64,000 nucleotides of DNA from NCBI GenBank assembly GCA_964016885.1, contig OZ024740.1:143654001-143718000 (forward strand), written 5' to 3'. The notes below the pieces were generated by a model. The model was given only the letters and a program-made list of their open reading frames with translations. It made no database searches and was not told the origin of the DNA. The translations under genes and the position numbers were made by a program. Origin of the DNA: Eledone cirrhosa. Lineage: Eukaryota. Shown here one piece after another: positions 38,414 to 50,599 of the stretch (its first letter is position 1; each line of letters begins with the position of its first letter).

Positions 38414-41400
38414 TTGTCTCTAACCGGAGATTGTAAGACGGGTATCGGCGAAAGTCTCAATGAGGAAGCCGACATCCTGAGGACCAGAATTCTGTCTGCA
38501 AAAACAACCACACGTATTGGATATTGGAACATAAGAACTATGTACCAACCATCCAAACTTGCACAAGTTATCGGAGAAATAGAGGCCTACACAATTAACA
38601 TCCTGGGCCTCAGCGAGGTCCGCTGGACTGACTCTGGGAAGTTTGTCCATGAAAACAAGACCATCCTGTTCTCAGGCCGTCAGAACGGGACCCACCGAGA
38701 TGGAGTTGCAATCATCATGGACAGGGCTGCCAGCGGTGCACTTGAGGAGTGAACTCCTATCAACGAACGCCTAATGACAGCAAGATTCACCACATCACAT
38801 GCAAAGGTCACCATAGCTCAGTGCTATGCTCCAACCAACGAACATAACGATGATGACAAGGACGCTTTCTACCAGCAACTACAAGATGCTGTAAACAAAA
38901 CCCCACGTCATGACATCCTGATCATCATGGGAGACATGAACGCACAGATCGGGGGAAGCAGGGTTGGCTTTGAACATGTCCTTGGCCCCCATGCTTATGG
39001 AAACCGCACGGACAACGGGGACAGGTTTGTCCAGTTCTGTGCCATGAACAATATGAAAATCGGCTCGTCACTATTTGACCACAAGAACACCCACAGGTCA
39101 CATGGGCTTCGAACGACCACAGGACCAAGACGCAAATAGACCACATTGCGATTGGCCCAAGTTGGAGAGCTCCTTGCCTGCAGGACGTCCGAGTCTACCG
39201 GGGCGCAGATGTCTGCAGTGACCACTATCTGTCTGTTACCAAACTTAAAATCAGACTGAGGAAGCAGAAAAAGAGAGCACTCACTACAAGGCGTTTTGAC
39301 ACTACCAAGCTGAAGAACGGTGACACAGAGGCACAGTTCGAGGCTGCTTTGAGGAACAGATTTGCTGTCCTTGAGGAGTCTGCACCAGGATCGGTCAATT
39401 GGTGGGAGGAAATGAAGAAGACCATGGAAGCTGCAGGGGAAGAAATCCTGGGCTACAGGAAGTCCCTCAGAGAAGCTTGGGTCAGCGACAACACCTGGCA
39501 GCTGATTAATGAAAGGAAAACCCTACATCAGCAGAGGCATGCCACTACCCCAGAGGCCATCAAGGTATATCAGCAGTATGTTGACAAGGACAAGGAGGTG
39601 AAACGCAGCGCACAAAAGGACAAACGCATGTGGATTGAGGGTAAGGCGGGGGAGGCGGAAGCAGCTGCGGCACGCAATGACATGCGCTCTGTGTACCAAA
39701 TTGCCAAGAAAATCACCGGCAGCTCTAGAGCTAACTCAGGCCCGGTGAAAGCGAAAGATGGTACGCTGCTTTCCAAGGGTGAAGAAAAGTTAGACAGATG
39801 GGCTGAACATTTCAAGGAAGTCCTCAACCGACCGGAGCCACGTGTGCCAGCAGACACTAAGGAACCTACTAGTTTGTTGCCTATCAATACTGATGACTTC
39901 ACCGAGAAGGAAGTCCGCATGGCCATAAAAACCCTTAAGAATAACAAGTCACCAGGTATGGATGGCATTTCTGCTGAAATGCTGAAGTCAGGAGGCGAAA
40001 GCATGGTCAAGTGGATGGGCCACTTATGTAATCTTGTGTGGAACACGGGTGAAGTCCCAGCAGATTGGAGAAACGGAGCGGTTGTCTGTATCCCCAAGAA
40101 GGGCAACCTTGCCGATTGTGACAACTGGAGGGGAGTGACACTTCTCTCCATACCAGGGAAGGTCTATTGTCTGATGATCCTGAACCGCATACGTGGCATG
40201 GTAGACCGGGAACTGCGAGAACAACAGGAAGGGTTCCGACCAAAACGTTCCTGTGCAGAGCAGATCTTTACCTTACGCCGCATCATTGAGAGGTACAACG
40301 AATTCCAGAGGCCCCTCGCCGTCAGCTTCATCGATTTCTCCAAAGCATTCGATAGCTCTCATCGGCCGTCACTCTGGAGCACCATGCATGAGTATGGTCT
40401 GCTCCAGAAAGTCATTTCGGCAATCAAACAGATTTACGCAGACTCCAAGTGCTGCATACGGACAGAGGATGGTTACAGTGACTGGTTTGAGGTGGTTACT
40501 GGTGTGCGTCAGGGTTGCTCGCTCTCTCCAATTCTCTTTGCCATAGCCATTGACTGGGTACTAAGAAGAGCGTCTAAAGACCAGGGTATATCTTGGGTGG
40601 GAGAGCAAAAGTTGTCTGACCTGGACTTTGCGGACGATATTGTTGGACTTGCAGAGAGCACAGCTGACCTGCAAATCATTATGAACAATATCAATGTCGA
40701 AGCAGGAAGCTTAGGTCTCAATATCAGTGCTAAGAAGACCAAAAGCATGTTATCTGGGACACACCCATCACCAACTGGTGTTTTCATTGAACAGGGGGGG
40801 GGGAGATAGTGGACAACTTCACCTACCTAGGAAGCTCCATTGACAATGGGGGCGCCATGGACAGTGAATTGCAGTGTAGAATGGGAAAGGCTTCAGCAGC
40901 ATTTAACCAGCTTGTCAAGATCTGGAAGAGCAGGAAGTTCACCCTCAAAACAAAGATGAGATTCTACAACAGCAACGTGCTGTCCACACTCTTGTACGGA
41001 AGTGAAACATGGCGCCTTAAGACCAGCCAAGAGAAGAAGTTGGACGCATTCGATTCCAGGTGTCTACAAAAGATCCTGGGGATTAAATGGAGTGACCATG
41101 TAACAAACCAGGAAGTCAGGAACCGCACCAACCAGCAGCTGGTCTCTTCTGCCATCTGCAAGCGACGCCTGGGCTGGTTTGGACACGCTTTGAGACTTCC
41201 CCCGGAGAGACTGGCGAACCAAGTACTTAAATGGAACCCACAGGGAAGCAGACGGAGAGGGCGACCCAAAATGAACTGGCGCCAGACAGTTGAAAGGGAC
41301 CTGCGAGCGACAAACAGACAATGGCGGGACGCTGTGCAACTGGCTGCTGACCGAACGCGGTGGAACACTATGATTGCCTCATGTGTCGCAAGACGCGGGA

Positions 41401-41435
41401 GCTTCTGAGTCAGAGTCTGAGAGAGAGAGAGAGAG
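38414..41435 (+). mobile_element. Young, near full-length RTE LINE (APE and RT) with few disabling changes
   Basis: RIGYWNIRTM, LGLSEVRW, YAPT, GDMNA, PKKG, NWRGVTLL, IDFSKAFDS, GVRQGCSLSP, LDFADD and LLYGSETW. Stop at 38750-38752, frameshifts near 39100 and 40800, (GA)n tail. Confidence 0.95.
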
Positions 41436-41654
41436 GGGGATGATTGCGACGCAAACGAGTAAGTAATCCAATTCGTTTAACTCTTTTGGCTATATAAAAC
41501 TAAATATATACATACGTAAACATGTCTTATGTCCGTATTTCTTGCAGTAATGTTGACTTTCGTGCCTCTTGTAACAAGTGAACGGTTTACTTGTGTTGAA
41601 TCGTATTTTCTTTCGTTTTCATTTTATATTTTTATATCCTGGATATATTTTTTA

Positions 41655-42150
41655 TCCTGGATGCTGCGATTAGGACGAGAGCCATAGCTTCCGCAGCAGA
41701 GCGGAGTAAGACCCTCAAATACTCTGATCTGTCGGTCAGCTACATTTTTCAGCCTGTGGCTTTCGAGACGTTTGGGGGGAGTCGGACCCCTGACTGCGAG
41801 GTTCCTCTCTTCACTGGCGGCTCGCCTAATAGAGGTAACTGGCGAATCTCGCGAGGGCGCTTGACTGTTCCAGCGCATTAGCCTCGCCATCATCCAAGGC
41901 AACACTGCGAGTGTGCTGACTTGCCTCAAAAAGTCATTAGAGAGGTTGCCCAGTACTCCTCGCGACGCTGCTGTCTTTTGCTTTGGTGTTGGCTCGGTTG
42001 TTCACCCCTTTCTTTACATTTTCTTTAATATTGCAACATTAAAGGAATATATCCTTCTGAAAGAATCGCGAGCAATTTATAATGTTATCTAAGCATTTGT
42101 AATGTTATTATACTGTAAATTTAATTATATGCTCTGTTTATATCATATGT
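41655..42150 (+). mobile_element. CRE-like element 3' fragment
   Basis: Close reverse-complement match to ~21440-21945 (YIFQPVAFETFG...RISLAIIQGN). Confidence 0.88.
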
Positions 42151-43024
42151 GTTCGTATGTTCACTCCATATGTCTAAATCGTGTATAATAACACAATAAT
42201 ATAAACTCATTGAACAAAAATAAAGGAAAGAAAAGGAAGGAAAAAAAGGGGGGGTTTCACCACCAAGTGTGATATTCGGCCAGACCTCACACTATATCAA
42301 TCATGTAATTTTATTTTGTATATAAATATCATTACAAATAATTAAAAAAGAGAAAGAAAGGGGAAAGTAAAAAAGAAAGAAAAAACGCACATACATCTAG
42401 GACCACATACAACCAAAGGCAGGCGAACGAGGTGGACACGAAGAAGATTCAACACAATAAAATAAGGGCAACTAGTTATATTTATGGATTATACCTCTAT
42501 TTCAAAGAATTAGAAGCCACGGGTAGAATTAATTTTTGAAGCAAGCCAACACTCTATTCGTGCTGCCTTCTAGCTTATTCTAAAGTCTATAGAAAACGTT
42601 TGCTGGTGTTGGTTTAAACAGAGCTCCTCGCTCCAAAAACTGTTTAAACCAAAACAAAAATCGAATAGATATTTCTGACGCTGTTTTATATGAATGCCCT
42701 CATTTATTATAATTCTTTAATGTAATTACAATTCAAGAACATGTTTGATGACCCTGTGATAAACAAGTGAAACTCAGAGTAACAAGACTCCCTATTTAGC
42801 CCTAATAAAATTAACATTAAAACTCTACTTCGGTATTGAGTACTCCTTTCTCTTAGTCGTCAACCACATAGGGATATATATATCCCTATGTCACACGAAG
42901 TCGTCTTCCTCACTGATTAACTTTTAAGTTAACACTCTAATCGGTTGGGTTCGAATTTTAATAATTCCACAACTATATATCTATGTATAAATAAATAAAT
43001 AATTATTTATTTATTTATTTATTA

Positions 43025-43700
43025 TCTATGTATATATATAAAGTTGTAGTTCCTGTCTGTTTGTTTGTTCACGAACTCCTCATATGGTTTTCGAGATAGA
43101 CCCCCTTAACCATATATATTCTGAAACTACATTGCCCAGGGTACTTGGATAAGTACATTTTAATCAACCCCCGTTGAAATTTTTTTCCTTTCGATTTATA
43201 TGAGATTTAAACCATAGGTAAATGACAGGATAAGATGCCTATTCACAAAAGTTTTGAATTGATATTTTGAAAAAAATTATTTACAAGAAAGAAAATAAGA
43301 ATAAGATTTAATAATGTAATTTTGATTTGATATATTACAAAAAATAATTGTTTCTACTTTTGGCACAAAGCCAACAATTATTCCAGTGCATTACTGGTAC
43401 TTTATTTTATCAACCCCGTAAGGATGAAAGGCAAAGTTAACCTGGCCGGGATTTGAACTCAGAATGGCAAGGGCCGTAACTCTGCGTCAAAGCATGGCGT
43501 CCGACCCTCTACCGATACTGCCAATCCGATATTACAAAAAATAATGTTTTCCAATTTTTCATGCATTACATTTTACATTGAGTAATATTGAAATGCAGAG
43601 TTTTTCTCCATAAAATTATATCACTGATTTAAAATCAATCATCATTTTCTTACAAAAAAAAATGTGTGAAACGCAGCAAGGCGCGGGTAATTCCGCTAGT
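43025..43700 (+). mobile_element. Non-autonomous Helitron with a nested SINE
   Basis: TC(TA)n 5' end. 3' GC-rich hairpin followed by CTAGT at 43696-43700. SINE B at 43345-43527 with TSD atattacaaaaaataat. Confidence 0.7.
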
Positions 43701-44109
43701 AAATATATATACTTCGTTTTTGTATTTGTTTTTCTAGATTTCTTATCTGAAAACGTGTGTTGAAATAGATATTGTTATACTTTGGGAGGGTCATTCTGCC
43801 AATAAAAACATGCACCTCCTGGTTTTCATTTCAATTTATTATATAAACTTTCAGTCAGTTCATTTAATAACTGGATGGTTGTTTAGGTCTTGAATTTCAA
43901 AACTTTTCCGGCACACATTCTGTAACTTCAGTGACTACCTTTGTTGTTATTTTGTGTCCCGCCTTTGTTCTGTCCTACAGAATTTTGTTTTTGTGAGCTG
44001 TGTACTTGGGCTGTGCATGTATTATATCTAGGTTTGTGTGTGTGTGTTTTTTTCTTTATACGTTTATTTACTTGTCACTAGTTGGTTGCTTGTTCTATCT
44101 GTGTGTGTC

Positions 44110-44820
44110 AGTCGAGATGTCATCCTCTGTTCAGTTAAGAAGGCCCCTCAGCTTTACCACTTTGCTTGGCAAGATTATCAGGAGCCCTCCTACTTCTCCT
44201 TCGGTGACCATTTCATCCTATCTGCTACAGGGGTCTGACGGTGACACGCTCAGACCAGCTGGGTATTGATGACGTCACCAAGATGGGAGTTGACCTGGAT
44301 TTGAATGTCTGGTATCTGGATGATGCTTGTTTGGGGTGTTCTCCAGATAAGATTCATGGAACCGCAAAGACGATTGAGGAACTGAGTTGCAGGGGCTTTC
44401 ATGTCAACAGTTCCAAATGCGAGCTCTGGTCCCTCAACCACCCAGCTTCACATCAACAGACTGTTGACCTGTTTACAGAGTCCTTCCCCTCTATCACGGT
44501 TCCTCCCTCATCAGCGTGGTGCTCTCTTGGAGCCCTAATTACTGACCAAACCTTCGAGTCCATCTTTCACTCTAAGTTGGCTAATCTTGAGCAAATTTTA
44601 AAAAATCTCGAAGCTTCACCAAAGTTTTTTTATACTTATGAATTACATCAATTCCTAAATTGTTGTATTTCATCAGAATTAGCCCCTCTTACAAAATTTC
44701 GTCAACTCTCCAATACTTTGATGACTTAATATTCAATGAGCTCAAGGGCTTGGTCAATGTCTCTCTCCAGAATCCCACAACCAGGCTCCCTTGCCTAAAC
44801 AGTTTGGAGGTCTGAGAATT
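44110..44820 (+). mobile_element. CRE-like RT fragment
   Basis: PQLYHFAWQDYQEPS, IDDVTKMGVDLDLNVWYLDD and NSSKCELW. Confidence 0.88.
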
Positions 44821-45439
44821 GCTATCACTTGATCCTTTTCTTACTCATGTCTGCGATGGACATGACTTATATTCCTTTCTGCATATACTGTAATGAAACA
44901 AAAAACGTTTTTCAGCTATGGCTAGCCACAATGTTCATGCAACACACATGAAAGTTGTTTAGATGAAGCAATGCCTGTGTTTGAAGCTTTTTTAAGAAAG
45001 ACCTTGCACTGGGCCAATCCCACTCTGAACAACTGTGATAGGTATCCAGAAACAAGAACAGGTCAACATCATTGGCTGCCATTGAGTCACAGGTTTTACA
45101 TCAGTTTTCCTTCTAGAATGATGTCCTAACAAGGCCTAAGGGTCTCACACTTCCGGTGGGCTAAACACACACTCAGGCACCAAACCGAGTACTCAAAGTA
45201 CCTGCATATATATTATATTATGTATATATAAGAGAGTGTTGTAGTTTGGTTGAAGCATTGTCTGTAGTGTTATTTGAAGGCTATGACAATGCAAAATGAA
45301 TGATAAATTTTTAAAATGAAAGCAAAGAAGATTTTTGTGTTACCTGGTAGTTTATTTATCAGTCTTTATATTTCAGGATTAAAAAAACAAACTAGTTCAG
45401 AGCTGTACATTTTGTTTGTTATAGAATCGCCATCTTACT

Positions 45440-46480
45440 TTCTTTGTTTGGAAACGATGGTTTATTTATAACTGCCAGAAATGGTGGAAGATTGGCATTA
45501 TATGTGGACTACTATATGTGTGTACATTTTTATGTCAAATATAGGTTTCCTCGTAGTGAAGGGCTGGAGAGAGCTAACTGTGTATCTAGTCCCTCCTTGC
45601 AGATCACCATGGTTATTTTTTTGCTGAAGTGTAGTAACTTCAGAAAGCAGGTGTTGGAGGAGGTCTTACATTTCCAGCATTTTGGACCCCGAAGACGACT
45701 TTTGATGAATGTTGGATATTCATTGGTCTCTAGGAAGTGTGCGGTGTAGGGGACCTGGTCCTCTGCCTTGCTGCATTTTTTTCCAGGAATGTGTGAATTT
45801 ATTCCTTATGTATCAGGTTTTAGCACCAATGAGCAAACAGGTCTCTGCAATTGGTTTTTCTGTAGAAGTTATGGATGTCACCTTCTGTTATCCTGAGTTG
45901 GTAGTCAAGTAGAGACAGGGATCCAGGGCAGTTATGGTTTTCTACGCTGAACTACATGTTATCATCCTTGTTTATGAACATGGTAGATATTCCATTGGCC
46001 TCTTCATCAGAGAATGTGAGTAAGAGTACGTCATCTATGTATCTAGTGAAGAAGGTACAGGAGCGACAGGTGTTGAACGTTTGATGTTCTAGCTGGTCAT
46101 GTAGGTGATGGCTAATAGGCCTGAAAGATTGGATCCCATGGGTAGACTTGTTGTTTGTTTGTAGGTGTGGTGATGGAAGGTGAAGTATGTGTTTTCTACA
46201 ATACTGATAGGAGGTGGTGAGGCCAAAGTTGTATAGGTCGGAAGAAATGATGCAATCAGTCACAAGGTTGACCACTGGGTGAGTGGGTACTGATGTGTAG
46301 GAGACAACATTGAGGCTAAAGGTGTATCTGTTAAGTTTAAGTTGACCTGTATTTGTTAGGAAGTTGTCTTTGCCTACAGATATCAGCCTAGACTCTGTTA
46401 ATGTGGTCTTCAATTTGGGTTGATGTTGTCTATTATTTCCGAAATAATCCATTGTTGCTGTGGTATTCAAATACCAGCTT
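45440..46480 (-). mobile_element. Decayed Penelope-like RT fragment
   Basis: FSLNVVSYTSVP and FFTRYIDDVLL motifs. Confidence 0.65.
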
Positions 46481-46689
46481 GTTGTAGATGTCACAAGTGA
46501 CAATGCAAAATTCTTTCCCTTAATACACAAATTAAAGTACAAAGCAACGTATATATACAAAAATTATGTGTCAGTGTATAAACAGAAACTAAGTACATTT
46601 CATAATTTCTTTGTTTGTTTTTTGTTTTTTTTATTTTCAACATATAGATACAATAGAAAATAACTTTCTTCCTGTTTCCACCATTCATC

Positions 46690-47490
46690 TATGGTTCTTG
46701 TGATGTTTTGTGTTCTTCAGATTCACTTGTACAAGATATGTAATTCCTGTCATTTTCTCTGCTGAAAGATGGGGCAAACAATGCATGCAAAGACAAGGTG
46801 AACTCTCTAACTGTTAGAATATTTTATATGAATAGACTACACAAAGTTGTGACAAAGTTCTTTGACATGTCTACTACTGCTGGTCCTGATTGTGGCAAAG
46901 CAGAAATAATATATTAAAAATTTCAAGATACCATGGGTCAACTGTGTTGGCTTGGGGGTAGACAATTGCTGCATAAACATGGGACAACCTAATTTAGTCA
47001 TGTCTAGAATTCACAATATAAACAGTGCTTTAATTTTTATTAAGATACCCTTGTCATCTCATACATGACATTGCTTCCTTTCAGTCAAATTTAAAGATGT
47101 ATGTGGTTTTTGACTTTTGCATTGATCTATTTTACTTTTTGGATAAGAGTACAAAATGAAAGGAGGAGTTAGAAGAGTTTTGTTGCTTTTACGATAGAGA
47201 ATATAGGGGAATTTTAAAGAATGTCAACAAGGTGGTTAAGCCTAGAAATGGCAATTAATTGGGTTCTACTTTTTGATGCACTGCAGTTTTTTTCATATCC
47301 TGTGATAAGCATCTCAACTTTATATGTTTGAAAGCACCCCTTCTAAACTCTCATGTTAAAAATATATTTACTATTCTATCAGGTTGTTCTGCCATCTTTC
47401 ACCAATTTTAATAAAGACCTTTCCATTCACCTGCTAGACTGAATTACATTCTTTTTTGCTAGAAACTTTTAAGTAAATTTATAAAGTTGA
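46690..47490 (+). mobile_element. Decayed hAT-like transposase
   Basis: LTVRIF, VVTKFFDM, CVGLGVDN, PCHLIH (CxxH-like) and TRWLSLE. Confidence 0.6.
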
Positions 47491-47496
47491 AAGCTA

Positions 47497-48250
47497 TCTA
47501 TCTATATATATAAAACTGAGGATGTGTGTGTGTATGTGCATACCCACATAACTTCCACAGTTTGCAACCGACTTTCTTCAAATTTGGAACAAACATGCAT
47601 TATGTTCCCAGGAGTGTTTTGGACTCATAAAATTTCAAGTTTTTGTCTAATGTGGCCCCTAGATAAATATTAGTTGGTTGCATGAAAACTACACACATAC
47701 ATATACATCTAAAGAGAGAGAGAGAGAGTGAGATAGGCCGTTATACAGAGAGAGATAAAGATATTCAGATAGAGAGAGAGAATGGCGACGAACGCTGGTT
47801 TACACACGCACACACATATAAAGAGAGAGAGATCTGTGCGTTCTTGATTGTTCTTCATTCTGTAGAGAAAGAGAGAGAGGGGTTCAGAAAGAAAGAAAGA
47901 TTGTAGGGGGTTGGGGAGGGAAGAAAATGATAGCAGCGTTCAATAACTTTAACTTTTATTTATTTATTTATTCTTTAGAAACTAAAAAAAAAGAATCAAT
48001 CTGTGGACACAGAAGTAAATATTTTTTTAAATGTTACAACCGAAGGAAACCAGGAAGATAATACTTTCGTTCGTGAAGATGTTCCCTGGCAATAAATGGG
48101 AAAAAAGCGAGTATAATTATGTCGTTGTGTGGGGTGATGAGAACAATGTCTTGCAAAGACAAAAACACGTTTATGGTTTAAATGGAGACGTTAGACTTAT
48201 ATTCTATTTAGAATAACTGGATGATTCTCGGCTCCGGAGTTTAAGAATAA
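47497..48250 (+). mobile_element. Helitron-like 5' portion
   Basis: TCTATCTATATATATAAAA start. Blocks shared with 11215-11330 and 37195-37310. Confidence 0.55.
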
Positions 48251-49099
48251 TGTAAATAAAGTTGTTAAACGGAAATGACAGAGGCTATTAAAATAGTAAA
48301 AGTAAATAATTGTTTTTACTTTTTGGCACAAAGCCAGAAATTATTCCAGTGTATACTGGTACTTTATTTTATCGACCCCGTAAGGATGAAAGGCAAAGTT
48401 AACCTCAGCGGGATTTGAACTCAGACCATAAAGAGCCGTAACCCTTTGCTGCAAAGCATGGCGTCAGGCTCTTTACCGATACTGCCAATCTTCCGATTTA
48501 GGCCAGTGCATAAATATGCGCTGACGCATACATACGCATCATACATAGATATATGCACACACAAATATACTTATATGAGCAGCCAGTTTGAACAGAAAAA
48601 GATGAGAGAATTCTGGTCAGATATGGCTGGTTTATGCTAGTGTGGAAGATAGACGTTAAACGATGATGATGATGATGATATATATATAATATACTTACAT
48701 ATACACACATATATACATGCACACATACACATATACAGATACACACATACATATACCTACATGTATAGGCCTAAAAACACATATATATATATACACACAT
48801 ACACAAATTCACATATGTACATACATACATATGCATATATACATATAACACATACACATACATATATATATATACATGCATATATACACATATTCATATA
48901 CATACATACACATGACTGCTATTTAATACCCTCTGCTAGTTTTAAGTAGAATATCTTGTTTGAAAGAAGACTATGTAAAAAAATGAAGAAAATCATATGA
49001 GCTGTATGGATGTCTTTATTGGAATTATAACTCTCCTAAAACACAGAGTGAGTTTCTAGAGAATGCATCTCTTGTTTTCTGACACTTCCATATATATAG

Positions 49100-49980
49100 G
49101 TGAGCTATGAGGCCCTCTTACCAGCACTTTCCCTTCCACCCACACACGTCAGCCACCCACCCCTGATGCCGCTTGGTGCCCCACACCCCATCCCCCATCC
49201 CTCCAAGCTGACACCTGCTGCACTTGCAGCACCACTAACAAACGAAAGAGGGGCCGGAACTGTTTGGGGTGCGGCTGCTTCCACCACCTCACCTGTGTTG
49301 GCTTGACTCGTCGAACTTCCAATGCCCTCGCAGCGTGGAGGTGCAGGAGCTGCCCTTCCCCACGACTTCCCAGCCACGGCCGTCTGGCACACCACCACAT
49401 GGGACATGGAGCTTGCCTGACGCCCGAGCCTCGCTGGTCAACTTCGCTCGGCTCAGGCGGTTCCGGAAGATCACACTCAGGATCCCGAGAGCGGCACAGG
49501 TGCCGATAGCTGATGCCCTCGCTTCCTCAATTGAGAGCGCCCTGGACTCCAATCGAGCCAGTGACTGGGAGCGGCTGTTCTATTTCACCCCACTTGCCTT
49601 CGGCCTCCCCAGCTCTGGCGCTGAATGGGGCGGCCGGTCAACAGCAGCCTTCGTCAAGGCAATATCAAACACCCTGGGCCACCCACTGATCTCAGACCCA
49701 TACCCCCACCCGACTCCCACTTGCTCCTTGTGGCTTCTGATGCAGACATCAGGTCCTTCCCAGCTAGCAGCTGTGGAAGTGAGGATGGTCTCCGACCAGG
49801 CCACCTCAAGGAGTTCACATCCCCCCTCTCCGCTGAGGCCGGGTGCCGCCTTCTGAGTGCAATTGTGGCGCTCACCAATAGGCTCATCCATGGTGCCCTG
49901 GACTCTTACGCCCGAGGCCTCTTTTTTGGGGCCAGCCTCACCGCTCTCAGGAAGAAAAAGGGTGGCATACGCCCCATTTC
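49100..49980 (+). mobile_element. CRE-like element fragment (PHD and pre-RT region), second subfamily
   Basis: CLGCGCFHHLTCVGL..WRCRSC, LRIPRAA, SFPASSCGSEDGLRPGHLK and FFGASLTALRKKKGGIRPI. Confidence 0.85.
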
Positions 49981-50599
49981 TCACATAATCCATATCCATG
50001 GGTTCACTTCTCTGAAGCACAAGCCTCATCAGGGGGTTTTGTAAAAGACCAGCAGTTACCCATGCATGCAAGTCTACCCTCTATATGATACCAATGTTGT
50101 CAAAGGCAGAGGCTGGTTACAGCTTGACACTAGTGTTGTCATTTTTTCCAGCTAAGTTAACTGGGGCAACATAAAATAAAATGCCTTGTTTGAGGACACT
50201 ATGCTGTCTGGTTCAGGAATTGAACTAATCCACATTCTTCACAAGTTTTAGAAGCGTGTGATAACAAGTCAACTAAACACGGCAAATCTTACTGCCGAAT
50301 TGTTGATTTGAGAAATGTAATGTGTTCAGTTCATTTTCATGTCGTCTCTACATGTTTCTTGGTCCATTTACCTATCAGTATTTAAACTGTTATTAATCTG
50401 TTATATGTTTGTATCACTTAGAATATAATCTTTTCAATATTATCGATAAATCTGTCGGACCCTCAAAAATAATCTTCTCGTATTTAAACTCCTATTATTT
50501 GTTATACGCTCGTTTAACTTTTCAATAATAAATTTGAATCTGTCAGACCTTTATAAAAATAATCTTCTCGTAAACTTTCCCATTTCTCCCCCCCCCCTT

